In this document: in pieces, positions 26,783-39,699 of the stretch
How positions within the stretch are numbered: the stretch's first letter is position 1
How the letters are laid out: every line of letters starts with the position of its first letter
Assembly (NCBI GenBank): GCA_036172245.1
Contig: JAYWIR010000009.1
Coordinates: 992,001 to 1,056,000 of the forward strand
DNA: 64,000 nt
Reading direction: 5' to 3'
Origin: Raillietiella orientalis
Lineage: Eukaryota
Position numbers and translations under genes: made by a program
The notes under the pieces: model-generated
Database searches by the model: none
Told to the model about the DNA's origin: nothing
The model's input: only the letters and a program-made list of their open reading frames with translations

Positions 26783-27959
26783 TAGAAAGCAGCCGATACC
26801 AAAGACTAGAAGCATGATATAAAAATAAAATTCGAGCAAAACAGAAGGAGAAAGAATATCATATGGAGAGGATTATAAGGTAGATTAATTGCATTATAAA
26901 ATTAGAAGGGGAAAATGTGATCCATATAGTCCACCTTTTCTATCATTTCCTAGCGGCGACCATAGTTATTGCGCCATCCAGTCTCGATGATATGCACCCC
27001 TCGTCCCAGGACGTGAGAAATTTATGCAGCGATCCCGGCATTTCATGAGAAAGATGATTCAATTCATGAGCCCTTGGAATATTCCCACGATACTGTAAGC
27101 TGGACTGTAACCTCAACTTATCTTGTCAACTTACAGTAAAGAAATACCCGATTCTCTCAGACCATCATAGTTTTAGGAATTCCAAGATCCCAAGGGACCT
27201 ATAACCGGTTCTCGGAAAGAGGCATGGATTCCAGAGGAGGACAGGAGGGGAGCAGTTTACAACACTGTCCGTCCTTTTCATCGAGGGCTGCAGTGAAAGC
27301 CGCAGTCGTATTCCCAGTGGAGCAATAGAATCCATCGAGAGCCCCGCTAACTGTTTTAGCCCAAGATCCTGACGAAGAGACAGGTCCAATCCCGGTATTT
27401 GCTGCTTCTCAGAGACAACCTCCCCTCTACCAAAGATCGTGTTCTTCAGACACGCGACTAGTGCACCGTGCTCCTTGCTGTAACGGAAAGGGCGATCCAT
27501 TCAATGATTCAGAGCGCACGCTTCAAGTTCTCCCTCTCTATGCATGGTAACATCTTCTCTATGCATGCCTCCTTGCAGCTTCATGATTCGTGGAAGAGTA
27601 AGGGACGAATTAATGGATTAATGGACAAAACTTTAGCATGGAAACCGCAGGCAGTCTCCGGCAGAAAGGAAGTGTTCCGAGGCCTGGTGCAGGCCAATTT
27701 AGGACATGGCTCCTCTTGGTCTGACCGGTCTGACAATAAGAAAACGGCAGGATGGCTTTCCTTGTGCGTCATGTCCACGTGGAGCAAGCTTCTAATGGCC
27801 TGATCAAAAATAAGGTCACCACAGAAATGCCCACGCTTCCCTACGTCCAAAAAGACTACGGTCCAGACCAAAATCCCTACCGCCGAAGTGCGGGATGCTG
27901 GAGTCTCAGACAATCAAAACTCCATAAGATCTCAAAAAATAACCGTACATGCTACATAG

Positions 27960-28380
27960 ATTAGCATTTATTTGAACACGCATGGTTATTTGTATTTATT
28001 ACCGTACATATTATTCACAGTTATATTGTTGGAACGCATGTGTTTATTAAAATACACTTTATTCATATAATTAATCAGTTGCTGATTAAATTGTTGATAT
28101 ATATAATGCATAATATGAATAATAAATATACATGCTCATGAATAGCATATATGCTTATTATTATATATACGTCAAAATTTATAGATAATATAATATACAA
28201 CTATGTACTTTGATATACATGTATGAATATACATATAGAAATATTTTTAAATAATTTTTAAATGCAAACATGAATATAGAAAAAATCTATCTATCCATCT
28301 ATACTTCCATATACATAAGCCTATACATACAGGTATGTATTTAGATTTTTATAGATACGTTTAAACATAAAAAATATCTG
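27960..28380. repeat. AT-rich low-complexity tract
   Basis: Degenerate TA/TATG/CATA repeats with very low GC. Confidence 0.7.
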
Positions 28381-28806
28381 TTTGACAACTACATGAACGC
28401 TGATTTTTTTTAAAAAAAGAAATACTTGCGACAACGAAAAACAGTGAGAAAGATTGAAAACGGAAACAAAAAAAAACAAGAAAAAATGCGATACACGGAA
28501 ACGCAAAGATCGGAAGATAGGGAAGAGCTTAGGCTTTCTACTTGTAATATTGCATTCACAATCATTATCTCGTAATACAAACGAAGAAAAAGGAAGACTC
28601 AGCGGAGAGAAAGAAAACAAAAATTAAGTCAGTCCCATAGCTATGGAGGTGCGTTTGTATTCGCAACTTCGATCATCTTAAAACATAATAAGTTAAAGTT
28701 CTTTCAGTTTACGGCTTCAGTCACGCATGAAGAGGAGTTGTTTTTTTTTTTTTTATCTCTTTTTACGTAAGCAGTCCATCACTGTTAAACCAAAGGAAAT
28801 TGAAAA

Positions 28807-29635
28807 CCCGAGTCGGAGGCTTTATGGCCACGCATGTCACGCGTGACACGTGCTTCGGGTTCGAATACTCGTAAAAGGTGCATCGTGGGTCTCGAGTCCA
28901 CACTCTGCTAGTCACTGGCCGGTCGAGATAGGCTTCGGATGCAGCGCTGGTGGGAGCCAGAAACCGGATGCCCTCGGCATAGGAAGCTGACTCCCCGGCG
29001 TCCTTCCGGAAATCACGGAACCGGTTCCCTCTGGAGAAGAATTTCCTACTAGCGGGTTCTTTGCGGTTCCCTTTGGCGAAGAAAAAATGGAGCCGACCAC
29101 CCCCCGGGAGGTCCCTCCGGAGAGAATGAGGAAGGAAATTCCCTCCTGGGTTCCCCTTCCGAGACGACCCGGGTGGAGGTGCGATCCTCCCCTACCGGGC
29201 GGAGACCCCCCCCCTCCCCCCAAGGAACGGACTCCGAGTCCTTGCTGAATTCACAGGGCGGACCACCTTCAGGGGTACCCCCTACCTTGAAGAAATCACG
29301 GAACCGGTTCTTTTCAGGGTTCCTCTCCGGTTGTGCAAATGGAGCCGATTCCTCCCCCTCCCCCCCCCCCCTTTCCTTCGGCACCATGGGGCCCCATGGA
29401 GTCGATTACTTGCCTCAGGAGTTCCTTTCCAGAGCGTCGGAAGCATGCTTCAGAGGAGTGACAAAGGAGCGGTTCCCTTGCTGGCTGCTTCGGGAAGAGC
29501 TTTCCGGGTCCCCTTCGGAGACGACCAGGGAGAGGGTCCCTTCCGAAGAGTCAGAGAGGAACAAACTCCATTCGCGGAGCCTTCCTGCCTTTATTAGAGT
29601 GGTCAAGTCGGGGGTTACACGCACCCTCGGGTGAC
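28807..29635 (+). repeat. Copy of the LINE 5' module (tRNA-like head + GC-rich UTR), homologous to 42600-43126 (-) and 51940-52767 (-)
   Basis: Shared blocks GGAGGCTTT(A/G)TGG, CGCGTG, TCGAATACTC, GGTGCATCGTGGGT, AAACCGGATGCCC, GTCCTTCC..GAAATCA; internal duplications (AAATCACGGAACCGGTTC at about 29010 and 29293). Confidence 0.75.
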
Positions 29636-31887
29636 GCTTTCTTTTTTCTTTTATGTTTAGCGATGGCCAAACGACATGCATTTGCAATCTTCCACGGGCA
29701 ATCCAATCTCTTAGACGGTACTTTCGTTTGAAATTCATAGCTAGTTAAAATCATTGCAAAGTGAGCTAATAAATGGACACAATCATTCGGTGAATTATGA
29801 TGTGTTCTCCAGCTACTTAGCCCAAAAACAATTTTGCCGTCTAGATTGGCAGATAGCTGTTTGTGGAATTAAAACTACAAGCGGATCAACGAATCAACCC
29901 ATTCGAATTCTGCTGAATTTAGAAGCCTCGGAACTTAAAATGCCGCCATTTTTTGAGCAACACAGAATCCAAAACACGCATTCCTGTATTGATTGTGGCC
30001 ACTACTAGTGTGGACGAACATTTGTAACGAAACCATGGAATTGATCTTGCAATCCTTTTTGGCGGAATTTTCCTCTATGTGTCGTACGTACCATCTTAGT
30101 ACAGCAATCCGTGGCAACAGGGATGGGTCAGCTTTTCAAGAATCGTTCGGAATCCAAGCTTGTTAGGGGAAAGGCAAGCAACGATGAATGCCGTATTCCA
30201 CAGAAGAGGTTTGAGATGTGTACATGCATGATATTAGATACCGTTAGGTATTCCACACTTCCCCTACCACGAAGGTGAATCCCCCCTCCTCCCCTTTTTC
30301 CTGCTCCCCCCTCCCCACCGCAAGCAACCAACGCTTGTTCGCGATAGTTCTGCGACTGCGGTCCAGGAAGTGTCAACATCTCGTGCCACAGCAGCCAGTA
30401 AAGTTCCGGCTGGATCCTGACTCACACGGCGCCAGATTTTTGCGAGTACTCCGTGGCCTGTCCGTCGCCGTCCACTTCGATGACGGTGACCACCAGGAGA
30501 AGCCTTGCTGCTGCAACCGCGGTCCCAGCAAGACTTCTGCCACCCTTTCCTCGACACCTCGCCATGGCAAAGGCACAGAAATCAAAGCGCAGCATCAGCA
30601 CGCCTGAGATGAAAAAGGCAAAAAACACCTGAGGTGTTTTCTCGCCTCTGATCCTGCAAACTCAAAGCACAAGTTGCCTTCTCCCCTCCCCATATCTGCT
30701 TGCTATCGTTTCCCGTCAGCGAGTTTATCCCCAGCTTGCTTGCAGCCTGCAAAACACACCGTTTTTCTTCTTATGCCTTCTGCACGGCACACTCGACGGT
30801 TACGGAACGGTGTGGGCTGTTCGTGTGGTCTCTGAAAAATGCCGGCGGAACCCATGCATGCTCTCGACTGGGGAACACGCAATGCATGGGATTCGCCGAT
30901 TTCCCATTTTCCATGGGCAGCATACGTGGGTTCATTCCCTTCAGTATCGCCGTCGAAACATTTCCTGATTTCGAGAAAAGGCTCCAATGTAAACATGCTA
31001 CCAAGTGATCATTACATACCTTGAGAACATGTCGGAAAGCTCACAAAAAAATGACTTCCGAAAGTTTCACCACAAAAATAACGTGGCAGGCAGAATCACT
31101 TTTGATTGTATCTTATTTGAATTACGTGTTTTCGTGTTGAACTTCAAACGGCATGAAAAATGCAAGGCATTTTGTTTCTTAAATTGAGGCAGTCACAGCT
31201 GGTTGTTTTGCTTGCTTCTGTTTGTGTGCATTTGTGCTTAATGAACCAAACCCAGATGAGCTATGTGTCTACAAACCAGTAGACGTTGCATATTTCTCCA
31301 ATCGTACTTTCAATTTGCTTGCTTGACAGTCTTTGTGCAATTGCAATTCTTTCAATTTGCTGAACACCAAATATTCATGGTATTCAACAGGTTATACATG
31401 CATATTAGTTTTTAAGTGGTGGTAGTCATAAATGGCATTAATTTGTTTCAGTGTCTTTACTGTGTTTGGCCTGAAGAAATCATTGGTTTCATGGACAATA
31501 TATGAACATTTCAATCATATGCAAATTTCTTTATTGTCTTTGTGGATGAATAATTTTTCAAGCTTTGCAATTAGCAAATAGTATGCAATTGGTATTCCAA
31601 AAATACACTGAAAGAATGGAAAATTATCTATTTTTGTTTCTGCAGAGTGCTTTGCAAACTTGAATATTGTGTGCAATATACAGCATCAAATATCAATCAA
31701 ATGTGCTTTATCAAATATCAATTAAAACTGTGAGTAGGCAATAGACTGATTCTTCATTACATCATGAATACCACTTGAGAGGTTCAATCAATTGCAAGAT
31801 AAGATGATCACAATAAATGATGAACTTTTTAAGTTCTCCATCACTTTCCTTACAGTGACTCAAACATATTGAAGTCTGGTCCAGAGC

Positions 31888-34852
31888 TTAAACTTTGGTT
31901 TTAAATGAAGTATTCACTTCTTCCACTGTGCCACCCCAATGCAACTGAAACCAACGAGACTTCCACTGTACTTGACAACTGGTGATGGCTAGACAAAACA
32001 GGTACAAGGAGCTAAGTTCTCTAAACAGCCATACCACAAGAAAGTCCAATAGTCGAAATGTTAATCTGCCATTCTGTCAAAAAGAAAATTTATGATGAGA
32101 GTTTTAGATAGCAAACCTGAATTATATGTAAAAGAATCCAGTCTAGTAGAAACCAAACTGCAATATGCATTGAAAAGAATCCAACAGGATTCCAACAAAA
32201 TATATACGTGGCACTAAGGCTTGCCAGAAATCCCGAAAGAAGACATTCTGAGGCAGGCTCTATCAAGAGTATTGGCATCATAGCAATACGAAGTTTAGTC
32301 CATCTGGGCAGAAATAAGATATGGCAAATAGTAATAACCCCACCTCATAATTCTTTTTTGAAATTCAGTGACACTGTTACTACCACAGTTCTGCCAAGCA
32401 GGTTGACTACTAATGCAAAGTTTAAAGCCTTGCTCTTGAACTTGTCTAGCTAAAAAAAAATCTTCAGCAAGGTAGCAGCTAAATGCTGATAGTCCACCAG
32501 TTGCATCAATTGGTGCTTTTCGCATGAGAACTGACATGCCTGTCGCACAGTTCATTCCCAATAAGTTGGCAACAAGATAGATACGTGCATGAGCAGTACC
32601 AAAATACACTTTTTCAAGTGTTCCAGAAAAGCCAGTTTTATCACAAACAAAAGGCATTTGATGCACCAAACCTACATCCTCTTTCATATGATGCACCATA
32701 TCCAAGAGAGTATCATCCTTCACTGAAGCATGAATAGGGTAAGAATTTTTATTTTCATAAATTCCCTCACAAAGTGCAATTAAAATCTAAATACAACATG
32801 AATTTATGAAATTTAAAAATCATATTCAAAACATCTGTTGCTCTGTGAGGAAATGATATAGTTTTTTTTTTTTTTTTTTTGGTTTTATGTAATTTTAATG
32901 AAATTATTTTAAGAAACAAAACATATTCCTACTCCTTATTCCACTATCAGAAATTAATATCAGGCCATATTTAGCTCTCTTGTAACCTTGCTGCATGTTG
33001 TTTATTTTTGGATTAACTCCCACTTTTTCATCACCTCCAAGAGATTAAAACTTTTAATCACTCCAATGATCTGACCAAAGTATCATGCTTACCAACAAGT
33101 AAACAACAATCAATGTTAGGATACTTCACCATACACTGTTGTACCAATGGTATACAAGTATCATTAGCTTCAGCAACACAGAAAAGAAGTTCATACTGGA
33201 AGAATTTTAGAAATATATGTATTTCAGGTATAAAGCAAAAAGTACTAACTAAAGGGTAATTCATAGTGAAGAAAGTTTTCAGATTGCTCAAGAGATTTGG
33301 ATCCTCTCCAGCCAAAGGCTTAATAATTGACACCCCAGGCAAGCCATCTTCAATCAAAACTGATGTGTATGATTTCCCTCGGAATTTGTACAGTCTAACA
33401 GAAAAAGAAGAATTAATATTTTAAATGCACAAAAAATGTTAGCAAACATAAATTAGTTGATTCCTTGAAAACAGTACACTGTTGCCGTATTTTCATATCC
33501 TGCCGGATCTTTTGAATTGCCAATGGATTAGCACAATGCTATGGACTGTTTCTTAAACTGCCAAGTGCAAGTTTAATCATCACAAACTTGCTTACAACTG
33601 TCGTATCGTAAGGTCCAAAAAGAGAATGCCTGTTATACTAAAATTATCTTTAAATGTTTTCCTTTAAAATGCGTAATTAAACAGTACGGAGAGTACATCG
33701 TGCAGTGTAAAAAATATCCGCAATAAATGTAAAACACATAATCACAGTTTACAGCAATTTAACCATTGGCTAATTCATTTTCTTATTTGTTAAACAAACA
33801 GGAATTTGCATTGTTAATGCGCATGCAAAAGCAAAAGAAAAATACATTGATGCAACACTCATGGTCAAAAAACAGTCTAACAAATAATAATTTTAAAACC
33901 AACCCACAACAAGAAAGCAAAAAAATAAAATCACAACTTGACTTTAGGTGCATTTAAATTAAAAATTGTAGCAAATTCTTTTTTTCAAAAAACAAGAAAC
34001 CACTACAAAGGAGCACCTTACTCATCACTACAGTGTATGCCAGATAAGCGATTACAAGTTCATGATTTTCTGAATTAGAAAGCATCCTCCAGCTCCAAAT
34101 AAAATTGAAAAATGCACAAGATTTAACTAACGATTTTGTATGTTTACACTCGAAGTATTGTATTGCAAATAACCCAATGGACATTTGTCTCTTAATAGCA
34201 TTCAAAACATAATTTTTACAGAGAAGCCTCATTGAAAACTTTTATTGCTTTTCTCTTAAATGCACTGAATAGTTGCTTTATTTTTGAAGCACATAATCAA
34301 ATCAAATGAATCTGTAATATCAGTGCTGCTTAAAGGGTAAAAAGGAATCAGAGAATGCAGTACAGCTTTCCCATGAAATAATTATATGGCACTGATTACA
34401 TGATGCATCTGATATCCCAAGTGCTTGACACACAAGCTGAATTTTGTTAAGTTTACAAGACTAGACCTGGGGGAATGGGAGAAAGAAGATTCAGGTAAAC
34501 AAAGGAAAGGTTGATGAAACTGAACTATTTTACATGTGCACTCTTCCTGTTTGAGGTTAAATTTTGAAAGTTTATGTATTCACTGCTTATGATTGAACAT
34601 AAAGAAAAGAAAGGGATGAGAAAAAAAAAAAAAAAAAACCCCTCAGAGGCAACTTCGTTGATGAATAAAATGAAAACAGGGTGTTGGAAAATGAATGGAA
34701 ATCCCTGCCCACGAATACGCAATAATAAATCATCATTCTTACCCATAAAATATTGCTAAAATATGCACAAACCAAAAAGCACTCCAGAGTATTAATATAA
34801 GGATTGCAGCAACACTTAAGATCCTGGTGTCAAAAAATTCAATATTAAGCAT
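31888..34852 (-). CDS. UGCG: Ceramide glucosyltransferase / glucosylceramide synthase (GT21). Exons 34852-34743, 33394-33250, 33195-33093, 33034-32933, 32722-32344, 32303-32117, 32073-31888; 403 aa
   Basis: N-terminal TM ([21 protein letters not shown]), [58 protein letters not shown] ((Q/R)xxRW motif), WLFRE and terminal WGG. All six introns are GT-AG with consistent phases; total CDS 1212 nt. Confidence 0.95.
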
Positions 34853-35089
34853 ATTCAAATGAAGTGTGGAATGAATTTCATGCCTTATGCAAATGTTACC
34901 ACAAACTTAATAAATGCATAATTCAAATTAGACAGTCCCTAAAAAAAAAAAATCAGAGAACCTCATAATTCAAACAGATTTTTAAAAACCAAAGCATGCA
35001 CACCTATTTTTTTTTTTTTTATCTTGCACCAAAAGCATGGCACTGACTCCCTCCCACCTGCCATGCCCACGGGAGAGCATGCTGCTGCA

Positions 35090-38000
35090 CACCGGAGGTC
35101 ACTGATATGAAAGATACGTGAACCGAGCCCCCAGGTTGCAAACATTCCTGCATTCTACACGGTTTTTCCCGTCGTCCCACCTGCCCGTTCATCCACAGCG
35201 ATCACAGTACATTCGAACGAGAACGTTAACTGCAGATCGGGAGAGGAGTCACTTTTTTCTTGAGGGGAGCGGTCGCACCACTTTCACGGGTTGCCCCCGG
35301 GAGCGATTTGACCACCGTCAGCGCCGACCACTAGCGGTTTCCTTGCCGGCCAACCGAGCAGCGAGTTCATAAAGAATCATTCATGCTCATCCGGTATCGG
35401 TGGAGACCTGTCCGAGGTACTCTTCCTGAAACTCTGCCGCTACGCAGCCAGCAATGTGGTTTCCGTATGAGGTGGTTGCGGGGAGCTCGAAGCCGTCCCC
35501 ACACCACCACCACAGCGCTGAGAGCACCCGGAATGCCGGCTCCTCACAGCACACGTTCATTGCACATCTCAGGTAGCTAATTTTGCCTCCAGCAAACAAT
35601 GACGCCACGGGCATTCCATCTGCAGATTTTTTCCACTCACGGAAACGGAAACTTTCCAGATCGCATAAGAGAAGACAGCTACTGCAAATTCCGACACCAG
35701 GACAGCCAACAAGCACTGTAGTTATGAGGCACTCCCGGTAAGTAGCAGGCAAGTCCATTCCTGGCAGGCGGCACATGTGAGCCGAGTGGAAGCTTTTCGG
35801 GAGCCGGTTTCTCGGTCCGACAAATAAAATGAGCACTTCCGACTTCTCAAAGTACGCATCCTACGTTCCCGGGATTTCCTCCACATGCGAAAGGCAACAC
35901 CAGAAGCTTTCTTTGCGGGACTTCTCTCACTTCTCTTCCTTCATCGCAGGTAGGCTGTGGTGTGTTTCCACTCTGCCCTCCAGCAAGAAACGGCTTCCTG
36001 CAACGATGGATGAAACAAACACCTTTTCACTTGAACGAGGGGTGCACACGTGCATCCGAGACAACAACGGACCAGATGCATCGAATATATGGGAATCGAA
36101 ACGCGTCTCTGCACGCATCATTTTTTCCTCTTTTTGCTACACATAGAATTTCAGGAGACGCCCTCAGCTCTGGAAACGCCGCATGCCTCTGCCCAAATGG
36201 CTACGGCAAACCGAGGTAAACGCTTATTAAAAATGAAACACAATTCATTGATTTCAGACGTCCCTATTTGGGGTGTCCGGAAAGGGGGAAGCATCTTTTT
36301 TCACTCAATAGAAATGTTCGCGATTCGTGCAAAATAACCTTTACATGCTGCATGCCCTTCAGAACGTATGCCGAACATAGACTGAGAAAATGCATCTGAA
36401 TAGACTGAAGGGCACAACCCACTTAGACAACAGCTTCCACGGAACACTCTAGAAACACAAGTTGCACCATTTTCTACAATTGGGGAGAGACAAAATAAAA
36501 ATCCGCATTGGAATCTACAAGAGGTCCATAGCGCTTTTGGTTTTCAAGCAAACACTGGAAAAAATAAATCGGCAGGCTGGGTTACTCTTAACACTACATG
36601 ACTTTTCGGTGCAGTTGTCAAGGCAGGACGAAAAGCTGCAGGATGAACACGAAGATACAAAGCAGAAGCACGCGTTCGGAAATGCTGTCACTGTTCAGCA
36701 AGAAAATAACTCATTATTATAATGCGGACATTTCCTGTGTCCGTTTATATCGGCGGCTGTTCGACGAGCTCGGGCTGCGGTGGCTGACAGCAAGCCACAA
36801 TCCGAAAGTCCACGTACTCTACAGTCAGGACATCGTGAAGCACGTGCAGGGCTTCCGAGACATCCCATCTACGGTTCACGCTGTGAATGGAGAATTCTCG
36901 GAGGAAGGCAGGCGGGATGGCTGCGCTCATCTGCATGCCCGCCTGGTTCGAGACGCATCCTCGTTACCAGGAGCTCATCGAGGCGATTCTGCGGGATGCC
37001 ACCATCCGCAGAGTTGCCGACTGGGGCAGTTGAAGCGGACCATCCATCTGTTCAGCAGCCTGCCGTTCGGCAACAGGAAGATGTGACAGGATGTGCACCC
37101 GTAGCTCAACTTCCAAGACCTCTCCTTCTCGAGGTACTGGCAACACTACGAGAGCAGGTGCGTCTTCAAGAACATAGAAGAAGAAAAAAGTCGGCGAATT
37201 GGAGAGGAGAAATGACGCCATTGATGTCTTCTGCATCCTGTACGAAGACCAAGTCCGGCACACGTCGGAAGGAATCGCAGAGGCATTCCACCAACACTAC
37301 GCGTCGCGCTTCCGATGTCGAGATATGTGTCCTAAAAAACAGGAGAACATCTTGCGCTATCTGCACAAAAGATTGAATACGGAACAATAGGAACGAATTC
37401 AAGAGGGAATTTCCTCGCGTGACTGCGCAAGGACTCGGCGGTAGGGGCCGATGGTTTTCCATCACTCACTATCAGCGCTACCTGCATCTATTCCACGGGC
37501 TGACGCTCTGCATAAACAAGGACGAAGGCTTCCGGGATCATTTCATGTAGCATGAGGTTACTGCCAAAGGGAAGCGACCTATCAAAGGTCACCCAATGAC
37601 GGCCCATCTCCATCTTGAATTTCGATGCCAAATGGTTGGCCAAGATCTGGGCTAACCGCTTGAGCAAAGTTATTTCATCGGGCATGTCTCCAGCTTAGGC
37701 GTGAGCGGTGCCCGTCCGTCGCATGTCTGACAGAGGGAAGTGCACCCAGGCTTCTTCGTCAGCAAGAACCTGGTGCTGTGATTCACAGATACGGAGAAGG
37801 CATTTGACACCGTGAATCACGGGATGTTGGTGAAGATCCTGAGAAAACTGGGTTTTCCTGGATTCTTCAGAGAATATGTGGAGAGAATACTGTAAGGTCA
37901 GAACTTCAGGACTGGAATCAATGGGGCAAAGGTAAACACGTTTCGTATGGAGAAGAGTGTAAGACAAGGAGACGCCCTCAGTCCGATTCTGTTTGTCATT

Positions 38001-39690
38001 TCCATGGAAGCGGTATTGTCTCTGGTGGACGTGGCGATCAGCTTCAAGGAATTCTATTAGGAGAAGATAAGCTCATCCACGTGGACGATCTCCTTTTCAA
38101 AAGGCGAGAGAGATCAGCATGCGTTTCTATGTGTGGTAGAGTCAGTGAAGAGAAAATTCGACCTCAAGATTAATAGCCAGAAGTCCCATCTCCTGCCCAT
38201 AGGAATCTTGGATTTCTCCACGCTAATGGAGAATGGATTCTGTGTGGCAAAGGAAGTCAAGTGCTTGGAATCCACATAGATGACGCCTTGGGTTGACAAG
38301 CAATATGGAAAGAAATCTAAAGGCAAGTTAAAGAAGCTGCGAAGTATGCTCAGGTAGAATTAAACTTGAAGCAGAGGACCAACTTGTGGAACAGGTGCTC
38401 TTTATCAAGATACTCTAAGTAGCGGCCTTCTGCAGACTGAACAAGAAGATCCGATTGGGAGTCGAGGGGATACAAAAGAAAATTCTGTAAAGAGAGTGCA
38501 AGCCTCGGGTGAAGCTCAAAACCTTATGTCGCCCGATGGAGGGAGGCGGGAACTGTAGGAAGCTGCTCCAAGAATCTGTGGGAAATCTGAATGTACGGCA
38601 AATCCTGCAACTTGCCGAGAAATGGGATAAGTGGTCCTTTGCAGCGCACCGGGCGCACTAGAAACTGTTGAACAGCTCCAGTGGCCTGATGTCGGCGCTG
38701 ACAGACAAAACTTTTGATTGGAACGCAGTCGATTTCACCTGAAAAAGGAAGCAGGCAATGGTAAGGATACATGACCTGAAAATCGTGCCCCGAAGCAAGG
38801 AAATTTGGGGAGAAGATCTGACCTCGGTGGTTCCCTGCTTCATCCTGGCTCCTCGGGGAACACAGTCTTGTATGCATTGTAGGCCGAGGATGCAAATACA
38901 GGACCGTGAAATTTCGCCACCAGTAGCAACCGCCACAAAATGAGAATGTTCCAGTACTTCCAGGAAATGACGGGAAGATTCATCCACAAGACGCGCGAGG
39001 TGTGGATGCACCAGAATCAAGCGTGGAAGCAGGTGAACAAGGGAAATTCCAAACGTCTTCTGTATACCGGAAGGCAACAAGTTGATGCCCTAGCTACCGC
39101 TGCTAGCCGCTGAGAGTGGCAGATGAGCGTGAGACTGTGACGGTTGAAGTCCTGTGGAGAAGCTGTCCACCGCCTGACACTCAAGATGACCTCTTGATGT
39201 TCTACCAAGGTGGCATCAGAGGCGGCACCCGACTGGCCCACTGGACAGGAGACCGCCAAGACGGGAACTGCAAAGCATGTGGGGATAAGGAAAACCAACT
39301 CCATAGTTCTGCTCCATGTCTGATTCCTCGCGAAGATTGGACGACGCTTAGGGCGATGACCGGATCACGATGGTGGTGATCTTGGGGGGAATGTTCGAAG
39401 AAGACGGAAATGTTCCTTGATACAATACCATGGTTCGCACTCTCCATCGTTCTCTTCCTCACAAGTATCGTTATAAGAAGGGCAAGGAGTGACAGTGTCC
39501 GCCATAAACATCGTGCAAGAACTGATCAAAAAGGAAATAGGGATCAGGAACTGCGGCAAGATACCCGCCTGGACATACCGTCCCATCCTGAAGAAGATTA
39601 CGGATGTTATCCAAGCGAGTGAACTGTCCTCGAGCACCGGTAACCTCATTGAAATTGTAAAATAAGAATGTAAATAAGTTTGTATCGGTG
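35090..39690 (+). mobile_element. Degenerate L1/Tx1-like non-LTR retrotransposon (element A)
   Basis: RT motifs MRLLPKG...*RPISILNFDAKWLAKIWANRL (37552-), DTEKAFDTVNH (37788-), SVRQGDALSPILF (about 37956), IHVDD (about 38075), KINSQKS; C-terminal CKACGDKENQLHSSAPC (about 39268); many stops and frameshifts. The 5' boundary and ORF1 are weakly supported. Confidence 0.85.
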
Positions 39691-39699
39691 CGTAAAGTA

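Noticed and set aside
28807..28878. Functional tRNA gene (also 43050-43126 and 52687-52767)
   Set aside because: Anticodon and T stems do not pair properly and the sequences are fused to retroelement UTRs; reported as tRNA-like heads instead.
34021..34085. Alternative first exon of UGCG ([21 protein letters not shown]|gtaagg)
   Set aside because: The donor is phase 1 whereas the next exon needs phase 2; the exon at 34743-34852 supplies the conserved TM/HxxAIxYG segment.
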